The notes under the pieces were generated by a model. The model worked only from the letters and a program-made list of their open reading frames with translations. It was not told where the DNA came from and did no database searches. This document shows positions 39,483 through 48,254 of a stretch of 64,000 nt of DNA, one piece after another (the first letter of the stretch is position 1; each line of letters starts with the position of its first letter). Made by a program: the position numbers and the translations under genes. The DNA comes from a virus. Its lineage: Duplodnaviria > Caudoviricetes. The stretch is taken from the IMG/VR virus record IMGVR_UViG_3300012979_000039, positions 9,055 through 73,054 of that record; one strand, 5' to 3'.

Positions 39483-39908
39483 ATGGGAACGGTGTCAAGA
39501 AATTTTAATTACTCCGAATTTGAGAAATCGGATACTGCGGCAAGGCTGCACATCAACAACGCAATCAGGGACTGGTTTGTCAGGGACAACATCAAGGCAT
39601 TGGTGGATAATGTGCTTCAGCCTCTCCGAGATGCTTGGGGCGGACCGTTATTCATCAATAGCGGATACAGATGCCTTGAACTGAACAAGGCAGTAGGTGG
39701 AGTGCCTACAAGTCAGCATTGTCTTGGAATGGCGGCAGATGTGGCTTGTACCGATCCGATAGCACTCGCAAGACTCGCAAAGAAGATGAGACTGGACTAC
39801 GACCAGATGATTATCTATGCTTCTTTTGTCCATTTCTCATACAGAAATGACGGAGGCAACCGCAATCAGATATGCTATTCAGCAAAGTACAAAGGTCCGC
39901 AGATTTAG
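39483..39908 (+). CDS. Endolysin, peptidase M15 family
   Basis: INSGYRC..LNKAVGG..TSQH..GMAAD..FVH; start at ATG 39483 (MGTVSRNF). Confidence 0.88.
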   Translation: MGTVSRNFNYSEFEKSDTAARLHINNAIRDWFVRDNIKALVDNVLQPLRDAWGGPLFINSGYRCLELNKAVGGVPTSQHCLGMAADVACTDPIALARLAKKMRLDYDQMIIYASFVHFSYRNDGGNRNQICYSAKYKGPQI

Positions 39909-40045
39909 AGGGAATTAGTGTTCCTTTTTGGGGAGTTCCCTCTATTTGCATAGTATTTGAAGTTCATTGACATATTGGAATTACCGTTATTTCAGAAAGT
40001 TGTGAAATTTCTCAGTAAATTCTTGCTTACTACGAAAATTTATAG

Positions 40046-40053
40046 TATCTTTG
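40046..40053 (+). promoter_or_regulatory. -7 element of a two-gene accessory unit
   Basis: TATCTTTG in an AT-rich gap. Confidence 0.55.
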
Positions 40054-40080
40054 TGGTGCAATATTAAATTTTTTATAGTT

Positions 40081-40221
40081 ATGGTAAGATTTTCTGAAGA
40101 AGAGCGCGAGCTCATTGAGGCGATTAGAAACTATAAAAACTCGTTGCACAATCCGTCATTTGAGTTGGAAGATTATGCGAATCAACTATTCAACAACTTG
40201 ATGTATGGCAACGAAGAATAA
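40081..40221 (+). CDS. Small protein (46 aa, MVRFSEEERELIEAIRNY...) missed by the ORF track
   Basis: Open frame read by hand, after the promoter. Confidence 0.65.
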   Translation: MVRFSEEERELIEAIRNYKNSLHNPSFELEDYANQLFNNLMYGNEE

Positions 40222-40256
40222 TTGCCTCTATCCTCTCTTGGCAACGAGAGAGGATT

Positions 40257-40544
40257 TTGAAAGACACAACTAACAAAATAAATACAATATCTAATTTTTC
40301 TATTATGCGACCAATTTTTGACACTCAAGTAAAGCAATCTCTCCGAGATATTTACTTGTTCATTACTTGGGGTAAGTTCTCGAATGTGTACTTCCAGAAG
40401 TCGAGCTCGTGGCTTTACAACAAGTTGAACGGAACAGACGGAAATGGAGGACAAGGCGGTTTTACCGATTCGGAAAAGGAGCAGTTTAAGGCTTCTCTCT
40501 TGGATTTCTCCGACAAAATCCGTAGAATTGCAGAAAATATGTAA
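40257..40544 (+). CDS. DUF5053-like HTH protein
   Basis: YFQKSSSWLYNKLNG.DGNG..GGFT..EKEQFK..L.D motif. Confidence 0.7.
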   Translation: MKDTTNKINTISNFSIMRPIFDTQVKQSLRDIYLFITWGKFSNVYFQKSSSWLYNKLNGTDGNGGQGGFTDSEKEQFKASLLDFSDKIRRIAENM

Positions 40545-40580
40545 GCCCCTCCAAGGCTTTAAGAAATTTAATATTGCTTC

Positions 40581-40612
40581 AGCGGTAGTTCCAATGGGAT
40601 TACCGCTATTTT
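40581..40612 (+). terminator. Intrinsic terminator
   Basis: AGCGGTAGT..ATTACCGCT followed by ATTTTT. Confidence 0.7.
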
Positions 40613-40613
40613 T

Positions 40614-41189
40614 ATGAAGAAGAATATCATAGGAGCATTACTGCTTATTCTCGGCATAGTCATCGGTTGGCTCTGCCGAGGACGCTTTCTTGGTGACGCT
40701 CCGGCAGTGCAGAGGGATACGACTGTGGTCTATAAGACGGTAAGGTATTCAAGATTGGAGTTGGATTACCTGACTTACAGACTGGACTTGCCGAAGATAG
40801 GCAACAAGGAGTATGTGTTTATCAGGGAGGACTCCACTTCCATTATATACCGAGACAGTATCAGATATGTCACACTTCCTCGTCAGTTTTTCTACACAAG
40901 GACAAACGAGGCAGAGATATTCCACTCCGGCATTGATTCAAGGATTGACAGTCTGAATGTCTACATGAGAAACACGAGCGTCACGCAGGTGATAAGACCG
41001 AGAGAGAAGAAGCACTCCATAGGCATAGGGATAGAGGCGAACTACGCCACTGCCTTCAACATGCCCGTGCAGTTGGAATACTCCTACATGGTTAGACCTT
41101 GGCTCTCCGTCTACGGATATGCGGAGTACGAGCCATTCCGAAGGCAGTTTGGAGTGGGAATAGGCACCAAGATGTTATTAGAGTGGTAA
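40614..41189 (+). CDS. Membrane-anchored phage protein (possible spanin-like or outer-membrane protein)
   Basis: N-terminal TM; C-terminal amphipathic beta strands ending in Trp. Confidence 0.55.
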   Translation: MKKNIIGALLLILGIVIGWLCRGRFLGDAPAVQRDTTVVYKTVRYSRLELDYLTYRLDLPKIGNKEYVFIREDSTSIIYRDSIRYVTLPRQFFYTRTNEAEIFHSGIDSRIDSLNVYMRNTSVTQVIRPREKKHSIGIGIEANYATAFNMPVQLEYSYMVRPWLSVYGYAEYEPFRRQFGVGIGTKMLLEW

Positions 41190-41481
41190 GCGTTTAAATC
41201 AAGGATTTATTTTGCCTCTGTAACTTGGTATAAGTCAACAACTTATAGAGAACAATCAGAATAAACCTTTTAAAGAGTGCTTATTTGGCGTTTAAAATCA
41301 GAGTTAAATTATTTAAATTTATGGCGACAAAAAGAAGACTTACCGTAGCCCCCAAAAAGCCTGCGGTATCATTAAAGAAAGTATCAATAGATGAATTGTC
41401 GAGGGAATCTGACAAGGCTAATAAGAAGAGACTGTATAAGCCAAGGGTTCGTTTGACGGCTCACATCAAGAAGACTGTAAG

Positions 41482-41871
41482 ATGATCGAAGAATTGGTAA
41501 GCATTTTGAGAAAAGTAACGACAACGGTGAAGGTCGCTCCGTTTGCGATAGCCCTATTCTATCTCTTGACAATATTGGGATATATGTATATGCCGGACAT
41601 TGCCATCTATCTGCTTGACACTCTGCTTTATTTCTCACCGATAAGTGTGGTGCTTATGTTCATTCTGTCAAAGCAGTTAAGATTGTGTTTTTGGCATCGT
41701 CTGGAATGCTCTCTCCCGGTTTTGTGCATGGTGCCGGGTATAATCGACGACCTGTTCATTTCGCTGACGGAGGCGGCAACCTATATCAATGCAGTTACGT
41801 TGTCACTTGTTCTGCTTCTTTCCATAATCAATGCTTACTTTGTATTTGTCAAGCCGAGTGTAAGAAGATGA
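41482..41871 (+). CDS. Four-TM membrane protein
   Basis: Hydrophobicity pattern. Confidence 0.65.
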   Translation: MIEELVSILRKVTTTVKVAPFAIALFYLLTILGYMYMPDIAIYLLDTLLYFSPISVVLMFILSKQLRLCFWHRLECSLPVLCMVPGIIDDLFISLTEAATYINAVTLSLVLLLSIINAYFVFVKPSVRR

Positions 41872-42164
41872 AACGGTTTGTATTGGATATTATCGACTAT
41901 ATCAGGGGTGAAGTAGTCGATGACAAGTGTACCCCAGAACAGTTGCAGAGGATTTCGGATTTTGCCAAGAACGAACTTCATGTAAAGGGTACGATAGACG
42001 ACATAGCGGAGTTCTACGGCCAGTCAAGGAACAATGTCAGCAATGTGCTTTCGAGAAGACCGATACCGAAGGACAAGCGTCCGCAGAGAAGGGTTCTATA
42101 TGATGTCGGATGGTTTGCGACCTTGGTCCCGGAGTCTTGGAGAAAGAAAAGAATGAATAAGTAA
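41868..42164 (+). CDS. HTH-like protein
   Basis: TIDDIAEFYGQSRNNVSNVLSR; start at ATG 41868. Confidence 0.6.
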   Translation: MKRFVLDIIDYIRGEVVDDKCTPEQLQRISDFAKNELHVKGTIDDIAEFYGQSRNNVSNVLSRRPIPKDKRPQRRVLYDVGWFATLVPESWRKKRMNK

Positions 42165-42316
42165 TAGCGGCTTCTCTTGACGAGGAGTTTTTTTACAACA
42201 CCAAAGTGTCTATAATGCAAACACTTTGGTGTATTTTGTTGTATAATGGCATAAGGTGTTGCGAATGCTGAATTTTGTGCTGCGGTTGATGTTGACCGTA
42301 ATAATATTGTAGTTTT

Positions 42317-43255
42317 ATGTATTCGACAACACCTCAGACTTATGTGTTCGGTAGCGATAGCGACAAGAACACTTTCGACCCCAACCTTCTGTTGGGAATG
42401 ATGTTCGGCAATGGTGGATTCGGAGGCTTCGGAGGTGGAGCCAACTGGATATGGCCATTGTTCCTCTTTGCCCTTTGGGGCGGTAACGGATTCGGTGGAT
42501 TCGGTAACAACGGCGGTTTTAACGGCCGCGGTGGAGTGGGTTTCCTTTCTAATCAGATTAACGAAGACACAGGCCGTCAACTTGTGATGCAGGCAATCAA
42601 CGGTAATGCTACCGCAATCAGCCAACTCGCATCTTCTCTCAACTGTGCTACGGGCGACATTCAGAACGCTCTCTGTTCTATTCAGAGCAAGATCTGCGAT
42701 GTGGCAAATCAGGTAGGTATGTCTTCGCTTCAGGTCATCAACGCCATTGACCGTGGTGACGCTGCTCTTGCAAGTCAACTTGCACAGTGCTGCTGCGACC
42801 TCAAGGGTGCAATCAAGGATGTTGCGATCGGTCAGGAACGTGGCTTCGCAAGTGTCGCTTACGAGACCCAGCGTCAGACCTGTGACATAGAGAAGGCGAT
42901 AGCTTCTTCTACCTCACAGATTCTCGAAGGACAGCGTGCCGCAGAGATGCGTGAGATGCAGGACAAACTTGATGCCCTCAGGGAGAAGAACGCACAGCAG
43001 GCTGTTGTTCTGAACAATGCACAGCAGACCGCTCAGTTTGCGGCTATGCTTGCTCCTATTCAGGCGGACCTCGCAGACCTCAAGTGCAATCAGGTGCCAG
43101 TGAAGAAGATTGCTTGTCCGGAGACTTATGTACCGGTGAACAACTCCATCAACGCAACATACGGACTCATTCCGACATATTGCAATGGATTCGGCGCATT
43201 CGGTGCGGGATTCGGTTTCCCTAACGGTTGGAACGGTGGTTCGCTTTGGGGCTAA
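42317..43255 (+). CDS. Gly/aromatic-rich hypothetical protein (first gene of a 6-gene block)
   Basis: GGFGGFGGG..WIW.LFLFALWGG, CCC motif, coiled coil. Confidence 0.8.
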   Translation: MYSTTPQTYVFGSDSDKNTFDPNLLLGMMFGNGGFGGFGGGANWIWPLFLFALWGGNGFGGFGNNGGFNGRGGVGFLSNQINEDTGRQLVMQAINGNATAISQLASSLNCATGDIQNALCSIQSKICDVANQVGMSSLQVINAIDRGDAALASQLAQCCCDLKGAIKDVAIGQERGFASVAYETQRQTCDIEKAIASSTSQILEGQRAAEMREMQDKLDALREKNAQQAVVLNNAQQTAQFAAMLAPIQADLADLKCNQVPVKKIACPETYVPVNNSINATYGLIPTYCNGFGAFGAGFGFPNGWNGGSLWG

Positions 43256-43290
43256 GATGTGATTGCTAACTTTTAAGAAAGGAGGTAATT

Positions 43291-43641
43291 ATGTCAACGC
43301 TTCTTCCGATTTACATCAATACCAATGTGAATGGTATTCCCGCTTTGCGAAGCAACAGTGTGACCGTAACTGCAACTGATGTCCGCTTTGACTTCAATAA
43401 TCATCGCAACATCGGTTCTCCGTTCAGAGGTTACATCACGTTCTTCCTTGCTCAGCCGGTACCTGCGGGAACGACTACCACTCTTCCGATAGTGTTCACG
43501 TCGGACAGCGGTAATCCGCAGCCTCTGACGACCTACAACGGTGCCGCAGTCACTGTGGCTGACCTGCCGGGAACGGGAATCTACCTTGCTTGGTTCGAGA
43601 GGGATACCAACACGCTCCAACTTATCAACGGAGCAATCTAG
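43291..43641 (+). CDS. Hypothetical beta-rich protein
   Basis: Operon with 42317..45417. Confidence 0.7.
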   Translation: MSTLLPIYINTNVNGIPALRSNSVTVTATDVRFDFNNHRNIGSPFRGYITFFLAQPVPAGTTTTLPIVFTSDSGNPQPLTTYNGAAVTVADLPGTGIYLAWFERDTNTLQLINGAI

Positions 43642-43673
43642 CAGATTAAGTTAAACGACAATACCGAAACTAT

Positions 43674-44195
43674 ATGTTCAGTGGACTGAGGGAGAATGCT
43701 CCCATTTTCATACTCACGAAAGGAGAAAGGCCTGTCTTGCAGGTCGGAACGGTAGTCAGTGTCAGCAATCCGAATCTCGGATTCGGTTCACAGATGCCGA
43801 TGTTGAACCCAGGTGCTATCATGGAGGTTACGGTCAAGGTGGGCGACAATACCTTTGACCTCAAGAATCTGCCGTGCAATCAGACCTCTTATGTATATAC
43901 TAAGGAGAATGCCTTTGTTACAGACAACTGGCAGGAGATGCTCAAGGAGGTGGACAACCTTGAACGTGCGAGTCAGGCTGTCGTGGACAGCGCTCCGCTT
44001 CATGCCGACCTTGTGAAATCATACAAGGGAATGAAGGAGGTGCTTGACCCGCAGATCGCCAAGGAGAGGGCTAATCAGGAACAGATAGACGACCTCAAAA
44101 GCCGTATGGGCGGCATAGAAGACACTCTCGGTCAGATGATGGGGCTTCTTCAGTCCCTGAACAATAGCGGAGGTAGCAAAAAAGTAAAGGAGTAA
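43674..44195 (+). CDS. Hypothetical protein with C-terminal coiled coil
   Basis: Operon. Confidence 0.7.
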   Translation: MFSGLRENAPIFILTKGERPVLQVGTVVSVSNPNLGFGSQMPMLNPGAIMEVTVKVGDNTFDLKNLPCNQTSYVYTKENAFVTDNWQEMLKEVDNLERASQAVVDSAPLHADLVKSYKGMKEVLDPQIAKERANQEQIDDLKSRMGGIEDTLGQMMGLLQSLNNSGGSKKVKE

Positions 44196-44199
44196 AGTT

Positions 44200-44499
44200 A
44201 TGGGCTGGAAAATGATTCAGATTCCGAGCGAGAAGGTCTATTCTCTCAGCGAGCATATCGAGAAGGCTCTCCGTCACGCGGGAAAGGCCATGCAGTGTCT
44301 TGAAGACATGACGCCTGAACATGAGATGGGTGAGCGTTACATGGGTGAACGCTACATGGGCGAAAGAGGCAATTACGGACAAGGCGGTTCGTCATACGGC
44401 AGCCGTTCATACGGAAGTTACGGAAACCGTGACGACGAGTGGAATGAGCGTGAGATGGACGAAAGACGCAGACGTGACTCTCGCGGAAGGTACATGTAA
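44200..44499 (+). CDS. Low-complexity protein with MGER repeats
   Basis: EMGERYMGERYMGER..YGQGGSSYGSRSYG..RRRRDSRGRYM. Confidence 0.7.
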   Translation: MGWKMIQIPSEKVYSLSEHIEKALRHAGKAMQCLEDMTPEHEMGERYMGERYMGERGNYGQGGSSYGSRSYGSYGNRDDEWNEREMDERRRRDSRGRYM

Positions 44500-44541
44500 A
44501 ATCAGGGGGCTTGAACTGCCCCCTTTATGACTTGAAAGACT

Positions 44542-44973
44542 ATGAACAGAAGAACACCCCTTGACATCTATGAAGTGGAGATGATGCCTGCCGACATGAA
44601 GGCTTATCTCCGCAATCACGGCTTTTCGTTTTCCAAGAAGGCTTGTGACTTTGCGGTGTCGCTTATGGAAAGAAGAAACAAGGCGACTGACAAGGCGGAG
44701 AAGATAGAGCCTTACACCAAGGAAAAGACTGAGGAACTTATGACCAAGTACGGAGTGACCTTGAAGAACAACATAGGCTACAACTTCGTATATGTCATGA
44801 ATATGACATTTGCTGACTGTTGGAAAGAGTCAATCGAAGACGAACACCATCTTGTCAAGCATGTAAAGTGTATAATCGATGACATTGACGACAACCCGGA
44901 AAACGTTTTTCGTCTTTGGATAGCCAAGATGGACGGTAACGGTATTCCTATTCCTTGGGAAGAAATAATGTAG
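44542..44973 (+). CDS. Hypothetical protein
   Basis: YLRNHGFSFSKKAC; operon. Confidence 0.7.
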   Translation: MNRRTPLDIYEVEMMPADMKAYLRNHGFSFSKKACDFAVSLMERRNKATDKAEKIEPYTKEKTEELMTKYGVTLKNNIGYNFVYVMNMTFADCWKESIEDEHHLVKHVKCIIDDIDDNPENVFRLWIAKMDGNGIPIPWEEIM

Positions 44974-44982
44974 TATTAAGCC

Positions 44983-45417
44983 ATGATAGTACAGGATATA
45001 TATTTGCCGGAATATGATTGGCATTGCCGTGTATTTTATGCAGTTACCTGCTATTGGGCAGATGACATCCTGTATGAACTTCGCAGGACCGGTTGCAACG
45101 GCAAGGAATATCATACGGCACAGAACAATCTGTATGATAGTAAGTTAGATACTGGATTGACGTACTCCAACAGAGAGAGCCGTGAGAGCATAATGGTCAT
45201 TGCCAAGACCAGTTGCCCAGAGGAGTTTGCCCACTCGTTTGACCACGAGAAGGGGCATCTTGCAAAGCATATTGCACTTGCATACGACCTTGACCCCTTT
45301 GGAGAGGAGGTTCAATATCTCAGCGGTGACATAGCGAAGGAGATGTTTCCGATAGCGAAGCGTTTTTTTTGTGAATGCTGCAGAAGAAAACTATATACGA
45401 GGCGTAGTGAGCAGTAG
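44983..45417 (+). CDS. Hypothetical protein with an HExxH-like motif
   Basis: SFDHEKGHL..HI. Confidence 0.65.
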   Translation: MIVQDIYLPEYDWHCRVFYAVTCYWADDILYELRRTGCNGKEYHTAQNNLYDSKLDTGLTYSNRESRESIMVIAKTSCPEEFAHSFDHEKGHLAKHIALAYDLDPFGEEVQYLSGDIAKEMFPIAKRFFCECCRRKLYTRRSEQ

Positions 45418-45448
45418 AATACTCACACGCGAGAGAAGTGCATTTCAT

Positions 45449-45490
45449 TACGGGTGACAGAGAGTGGCTAACTCTGTTGCCCGTTGTTGA
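45449..45490 (+). terminator. Hairpin closing the 6-gene block
   Basis: CGGGTGACAGAG / CTCTGTTGCCCG stem. Confidence 0.6.
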
Positions 45491-45650
45491 TTTATGTGCT
45501 ATATTTGCAGCATATCGCTCTCGGAACGATTGACTGGCTATCCGCTTGCCGTTAAAGCGGACAAAGAAAAACTAATACAAATAAAGACTACCAATCAATT
45601 ATGCATTAGTTCTATGGGGAAGGGTTCAGGCCTTTCCCTTTCTTTTTCCT

Positions 45651-45714
45651 AAAAAGGGTAGCCCTCTGCGGCTCACAGAAAGCACGGCAAAGGGCTACTT
45701 AATACTACACGGTT
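45651..45714 (-). ncRNA. Predicted ~64-nt sRNA antisense to the shared early-gene leader motif
   Basis: Own promoter (TTTG-N19-TACCTTTG); 5' AACCGUGUAGUAUUAA unpaired; 12-bp stem GUAGCCCUUUGC/GCAGAGGGCUAC followed by CCUUUUU. Confidence 0.75.
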
Positions 45715-45717
45715 CGG

Positions 45718-45748
45718 CAAAGGTAAACTTTTTAGTTTACAAGTCAAA
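45718..45748 (-). promoter_or_regulatory. Consensus Bacteroidetes promoter driving the sRNA
   Basis: -33 TTTG at 45748..45745, 19-nt spacer, -7 TACCTTTG at 45725..45718. Confidence 0.8.
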
Positions 45749-45751
45749 GAT

Positions 45752-46987
45752 TTACTTGCTTTTTCGGTAATCCTTGCCGTAAAATATATAGTCTATTATC
45801 TTTCTGTTTGCGTCATCTACAAGGTCGTTGTCGTAATCTATATATATATCAGTTACTTTCAATCCGAAACTGTGCCCCATGCCTCTGCTTATCACCTCTT
45901 TGGATATGCCTATCTTCATTGCTACGGTAGCCCAAGTGTGGCGTGCCCAGTTTGAACTCAAGTCCGGGAAGATGCCTTTCCCAAGAATCTTGCCGCGTTT
46001 GCCGAGCGGTCTGCCGATAGCCTTGAGCCCGTCATTGAAATGATGTAGATAGTCCTTATAGTCGTCATACGAGTCCATAGGGTTGAGCAAGGTACCTCTG
46101 CCTTTGTACTTTTCAATGATCGCGATTGCCTCTGGCTCCAGTTTGACAGACAGAGGTGTTCCCGTCTTGTTTCTTCGGTAATCTAACCTGCCGTTGGACA
46201 CCTGCTGTGCAGTAGCAAGGAAAAGGTCTCCGGCATTGATTCCGCGAAGAAGGAACATGAGGATAAACATATCGCGATACTGCTCTTGATAAGGCTCGCA
46301 CTTGGCATTTAAGAGGCTTTTGAGTTGTTCCGGCATAAGTGCCTTCTTCCGCGTATTCTCTTGTCTTAACGGGTACTTTCTGAAAGGATACAAGGTTGTT
46401 ATGCCCGCGTTGATTGCATCGTTGAATACGGCTCTTATGTTTCTCAGGTGGATATTCCTGCTGTTCTTCTTCTCTGTCTTGGAACAAAAGGACTCGAACT
46501 CCCGAAGATAGTCGTTGGTTATATCCTCAAACGAGCGGGTTGCAAGATTAGAGTCATATGCTTCTAACTTTCGGAGAGTATAGGCATACAGCCCTCTTGT
46601 CCCGTCATTGCCCTTCAGTTCCATGAAGCGAACAAAACGGAATCGGAACATATGGCTTTCCTCTATTTTCCGCTTCTTGTCAGGGTCTATGATGTCAATT
46701 ATCTTGTCACGAAGTTGATATGCAGTTAATCCTCCGCTTTCCCCGTTTTCCACCAGCCGCAGGATAGCGGAATCTATCTCCAATCTCTTCTTGTTAAGGA
46801 TAAGATTGATTCTTTTGGCATTCGGATGATTTACCACCTCCTTTCTTGTCGTACTCCACTGTTGCACTGTTACCTTGATACCTGTATTGATATAAGCCGC
46901 CTTGCCGTTCTTCCGTATAGCAAATTTCAGAGGAACCGGTTGATTTTCCTGAACCGCTCTGGCGTCGAAGTAGATTGTTATTGTCAT
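45752..46987 (-). CDS. int: Tyrosine integrase (Bacteroidetes type: arm-binding, SAM-like and catalytic domains)
   Basis: LLRGINAGDL, RNKTG, ARHTWAT, MGH and IYI catalytic motifs; start at ATG 46987 (MTITIY). Confidence 0.93.
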   Translation of the reverse strand: MTITIYFDARAVQENQPVPLKFAIRKNGKAAYINTGIKVTVQQWSTTRKEVVNHPNAKRINLILNKKRLEIDSAILRLVENGESGGLTAYQLRDKIIDIIDPDKKRKIEESHMFRFRFVRFMELKGNDGTRGLYAYTLRKLEAYDSNLATRSFEDITNDYLREFESFCSKTEKKNSRNIHLRNIRAVFNDAINAGITTLYPFRKYPLRQENTRKKALMPEQLKSLLNAKCEPYQEQYRDMFILMFLLRGINAGDLFLATAQQVSNGRLDYRRNKTGTPLSVKLEPEAIAIIEKYKGRGTLLNPMDSYDDYKDYLHHFNDGLKAIGRPLGKRGKILGKGIFPDLSSNWARHTWATVAMKIGISKEVISRGMGHSFGLKVTDIYIDYDNDLVDDANRKIIDYIFYGKDYRKSK

Positions 46988-47137
46988 ATCCCGCACTGAT
47001 TTTGCACTTTCTTCTCCCTTAAAATGGAAAAAAATGGAAAGAAATGCTCTTTTTTTTGACCGGGATAGTCTTGAAATGAGGGGAAAAATAAAGCGATTGA
47101 CCGTTATAACTAACTGATAATCAATCGCTTTATAGGT

Positions 47138-47181
47138 GTGATTCGGTTGGGATTCGAACCCAAGACCCACAGCTTAGAAGG
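47138..47181 (-). other. att core: 3' half of tRNA-Arg(UCU)
   Basis: Minus strand CCTTCTAAGCTGTGGGTCTTGGGTTCGAATCCCAACCGAATCAC contains the anticodon loop, T-arm and acceptor strand; no D-arm or 5' half. Confidence 0.85.
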
Positions 47182-47269
47182 TAAAGTACTGCTGAATCTT
47201 ATAGCCTTGTAACTTCCTCAATATCAATACTATCCTTGTTCGTGTGATAACTACGGTTTTATGCTTGCA

Positions 47270-47551
47270 CTAATTTTGCACTTTTTGATGTTCCACGCGT
47301 CTTGCATAGAACTCTCCCTCGCCGGTAAGAAGCCACCTCGCACTAACATTATAATCCCTGACGAGGTATGTCAGCCATGCAGTTTGAAAGATATCCCTTC
47401 CCGGCTCTTTTTCAAGGGTGTTAAAGTTCCATCGGTTGATTCCATACTTCTCGGTAAAAGTTTTCTTTCCCCTTATTGCCTTGTCTGATTTCAGGCGGTA
47501 TATAGCATCAAAGAACCGAATGACCACTTTTTGACTATCGTTGTTTTGCAT
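47270..47551 (-). CDS. XRE-like HTH regulator
   Basis: FTEKYGINRWNF..VSARWLLTGEG. Confidence 0.7.
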   Translation of the reverse strand: MQNNDSQKVVIRFFDAIYRLKSDKAIRGKKTFTEKYGINRWNFNTLEKEPGRDIFQTAWLTYLVRDYNVSARWLLTGEGEFYARRVEHQKVQN

Positions 47552-47747
47552 AGGCTTTCTGTATTCTGTTAATCATGTCATTTCTTCTGCATACCCATTC
47601 GTTGAGCAATTTCTGCCAATGGGCGAGAGTGCCTGGGGTGAGCCGCAGAAGCCCGTTGGCGACCATCGCAAGTTCTAGACTTGTCATCACCGGTATGAAC
47701 TCCTGTACTTCTTCTAGAAGTTGAATGCTGTGCAGTTCTTTTCCCAT
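47535..47747 (-). CDS. Hypothetical protein
   Basis: In the cI operon. Confidence 0.5.
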   Translation of the reverse strand: MGKELHSIQLLEEVQEFIPVMTSLELAMVANGLLRLTPGTLAHWQKLLNEWVCRRNDMINRIQKAYAKQR

Positions 47748-47765
47748 ATATATAATAGGTATATA

Positions 47766-48161
47766 TTACTTTGACATAGCCTGTTTCAAGAGTTCGATGA
47801 AAGCGTCATGTTGCTCTTGGAACTTGGCACACATTTTCTGCTCTTCCGCGAGTGCGTCCAGGGCCTTGTTCAATGCTTCATTTGACGGTCCGTGAATGTC
47901 GCCATTGGCTGTGGTGTTGTTGTCGCCAATGACATTCTGATTGTTGTCTTTTCTGAGCATGCTTCCTTTTTCCCCGTTGCTGAGCAGCCACTCTGGGTCA
48001 ATTTCCGGACACTTTTCATATACGAGTTCTAGATCCAAGTATCCACGCTTGACCCACGAGTAAGCGTTCTGCTCGGACAAATCAAATTTCTGAGCAAAAT
48101 CTATATTTCTATGGAGTTTATAATAATCTCGTATCTCTTTGAGCATCAATTCTTTAGCCAT
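47766..48161 (-). CDS. CI-like repressor
   Basis: HTH (NIDFAQKFDLSEQNAYSW), DPEWLLSNGEKGSM; divergent from a cro-like gene. Confidence 0.8.
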   Translation of the reverse strand: MAKELMLKEIRDYYKLHRNIDFAQKFDLSEQNAYSWVKRGYLDLELVYEKCPEIDPEWLLSNGEKGSMLRKDNNQNVIGDNNTTANGDIHGPSNEALNKALDALAEEQKMCAKFQEQHDAFIELLKQAMSK

Positions 48162-48223
48162 ATCTCAATAAAAATTTTATTAAAAATAATTAAAATAAAT
48201 TTTTATAAATTAGAAATAATTAT

Positions 48224-48254
48224 TATTTTTGCCTCGTTAATTTCAACAAAGATA
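48224..48254. promoter_or_regulatory. Face-to-face lytic/lysogenic promoters
   Basis: Rightward TATTTTTG at 48224..48231; leftward TATCTTTG at 48254..48247. Confidence 0.55.

Noticed and set aside
39288-39508. Programmed recoding of the small ORF before the endolysin
   Set aside because: ATG 39288 is one base out of frame with GKAIYETNDK...; a single-base deletion or sequencing error, or the TTG start at 39323, is simpler
44326-44370. 15-bp tandem repeat as a possible CRISPR or VNTR locus
   Set aside because: Three degenerate in-frame MGER(Y) codon repeats inside an ORF, with no spacers
47138-47181. Complete tRNA gene
   Set aside because: Only the anticodon loop to 3' end is present; no 5' acceptor strand or D-arm, so it is called an att core
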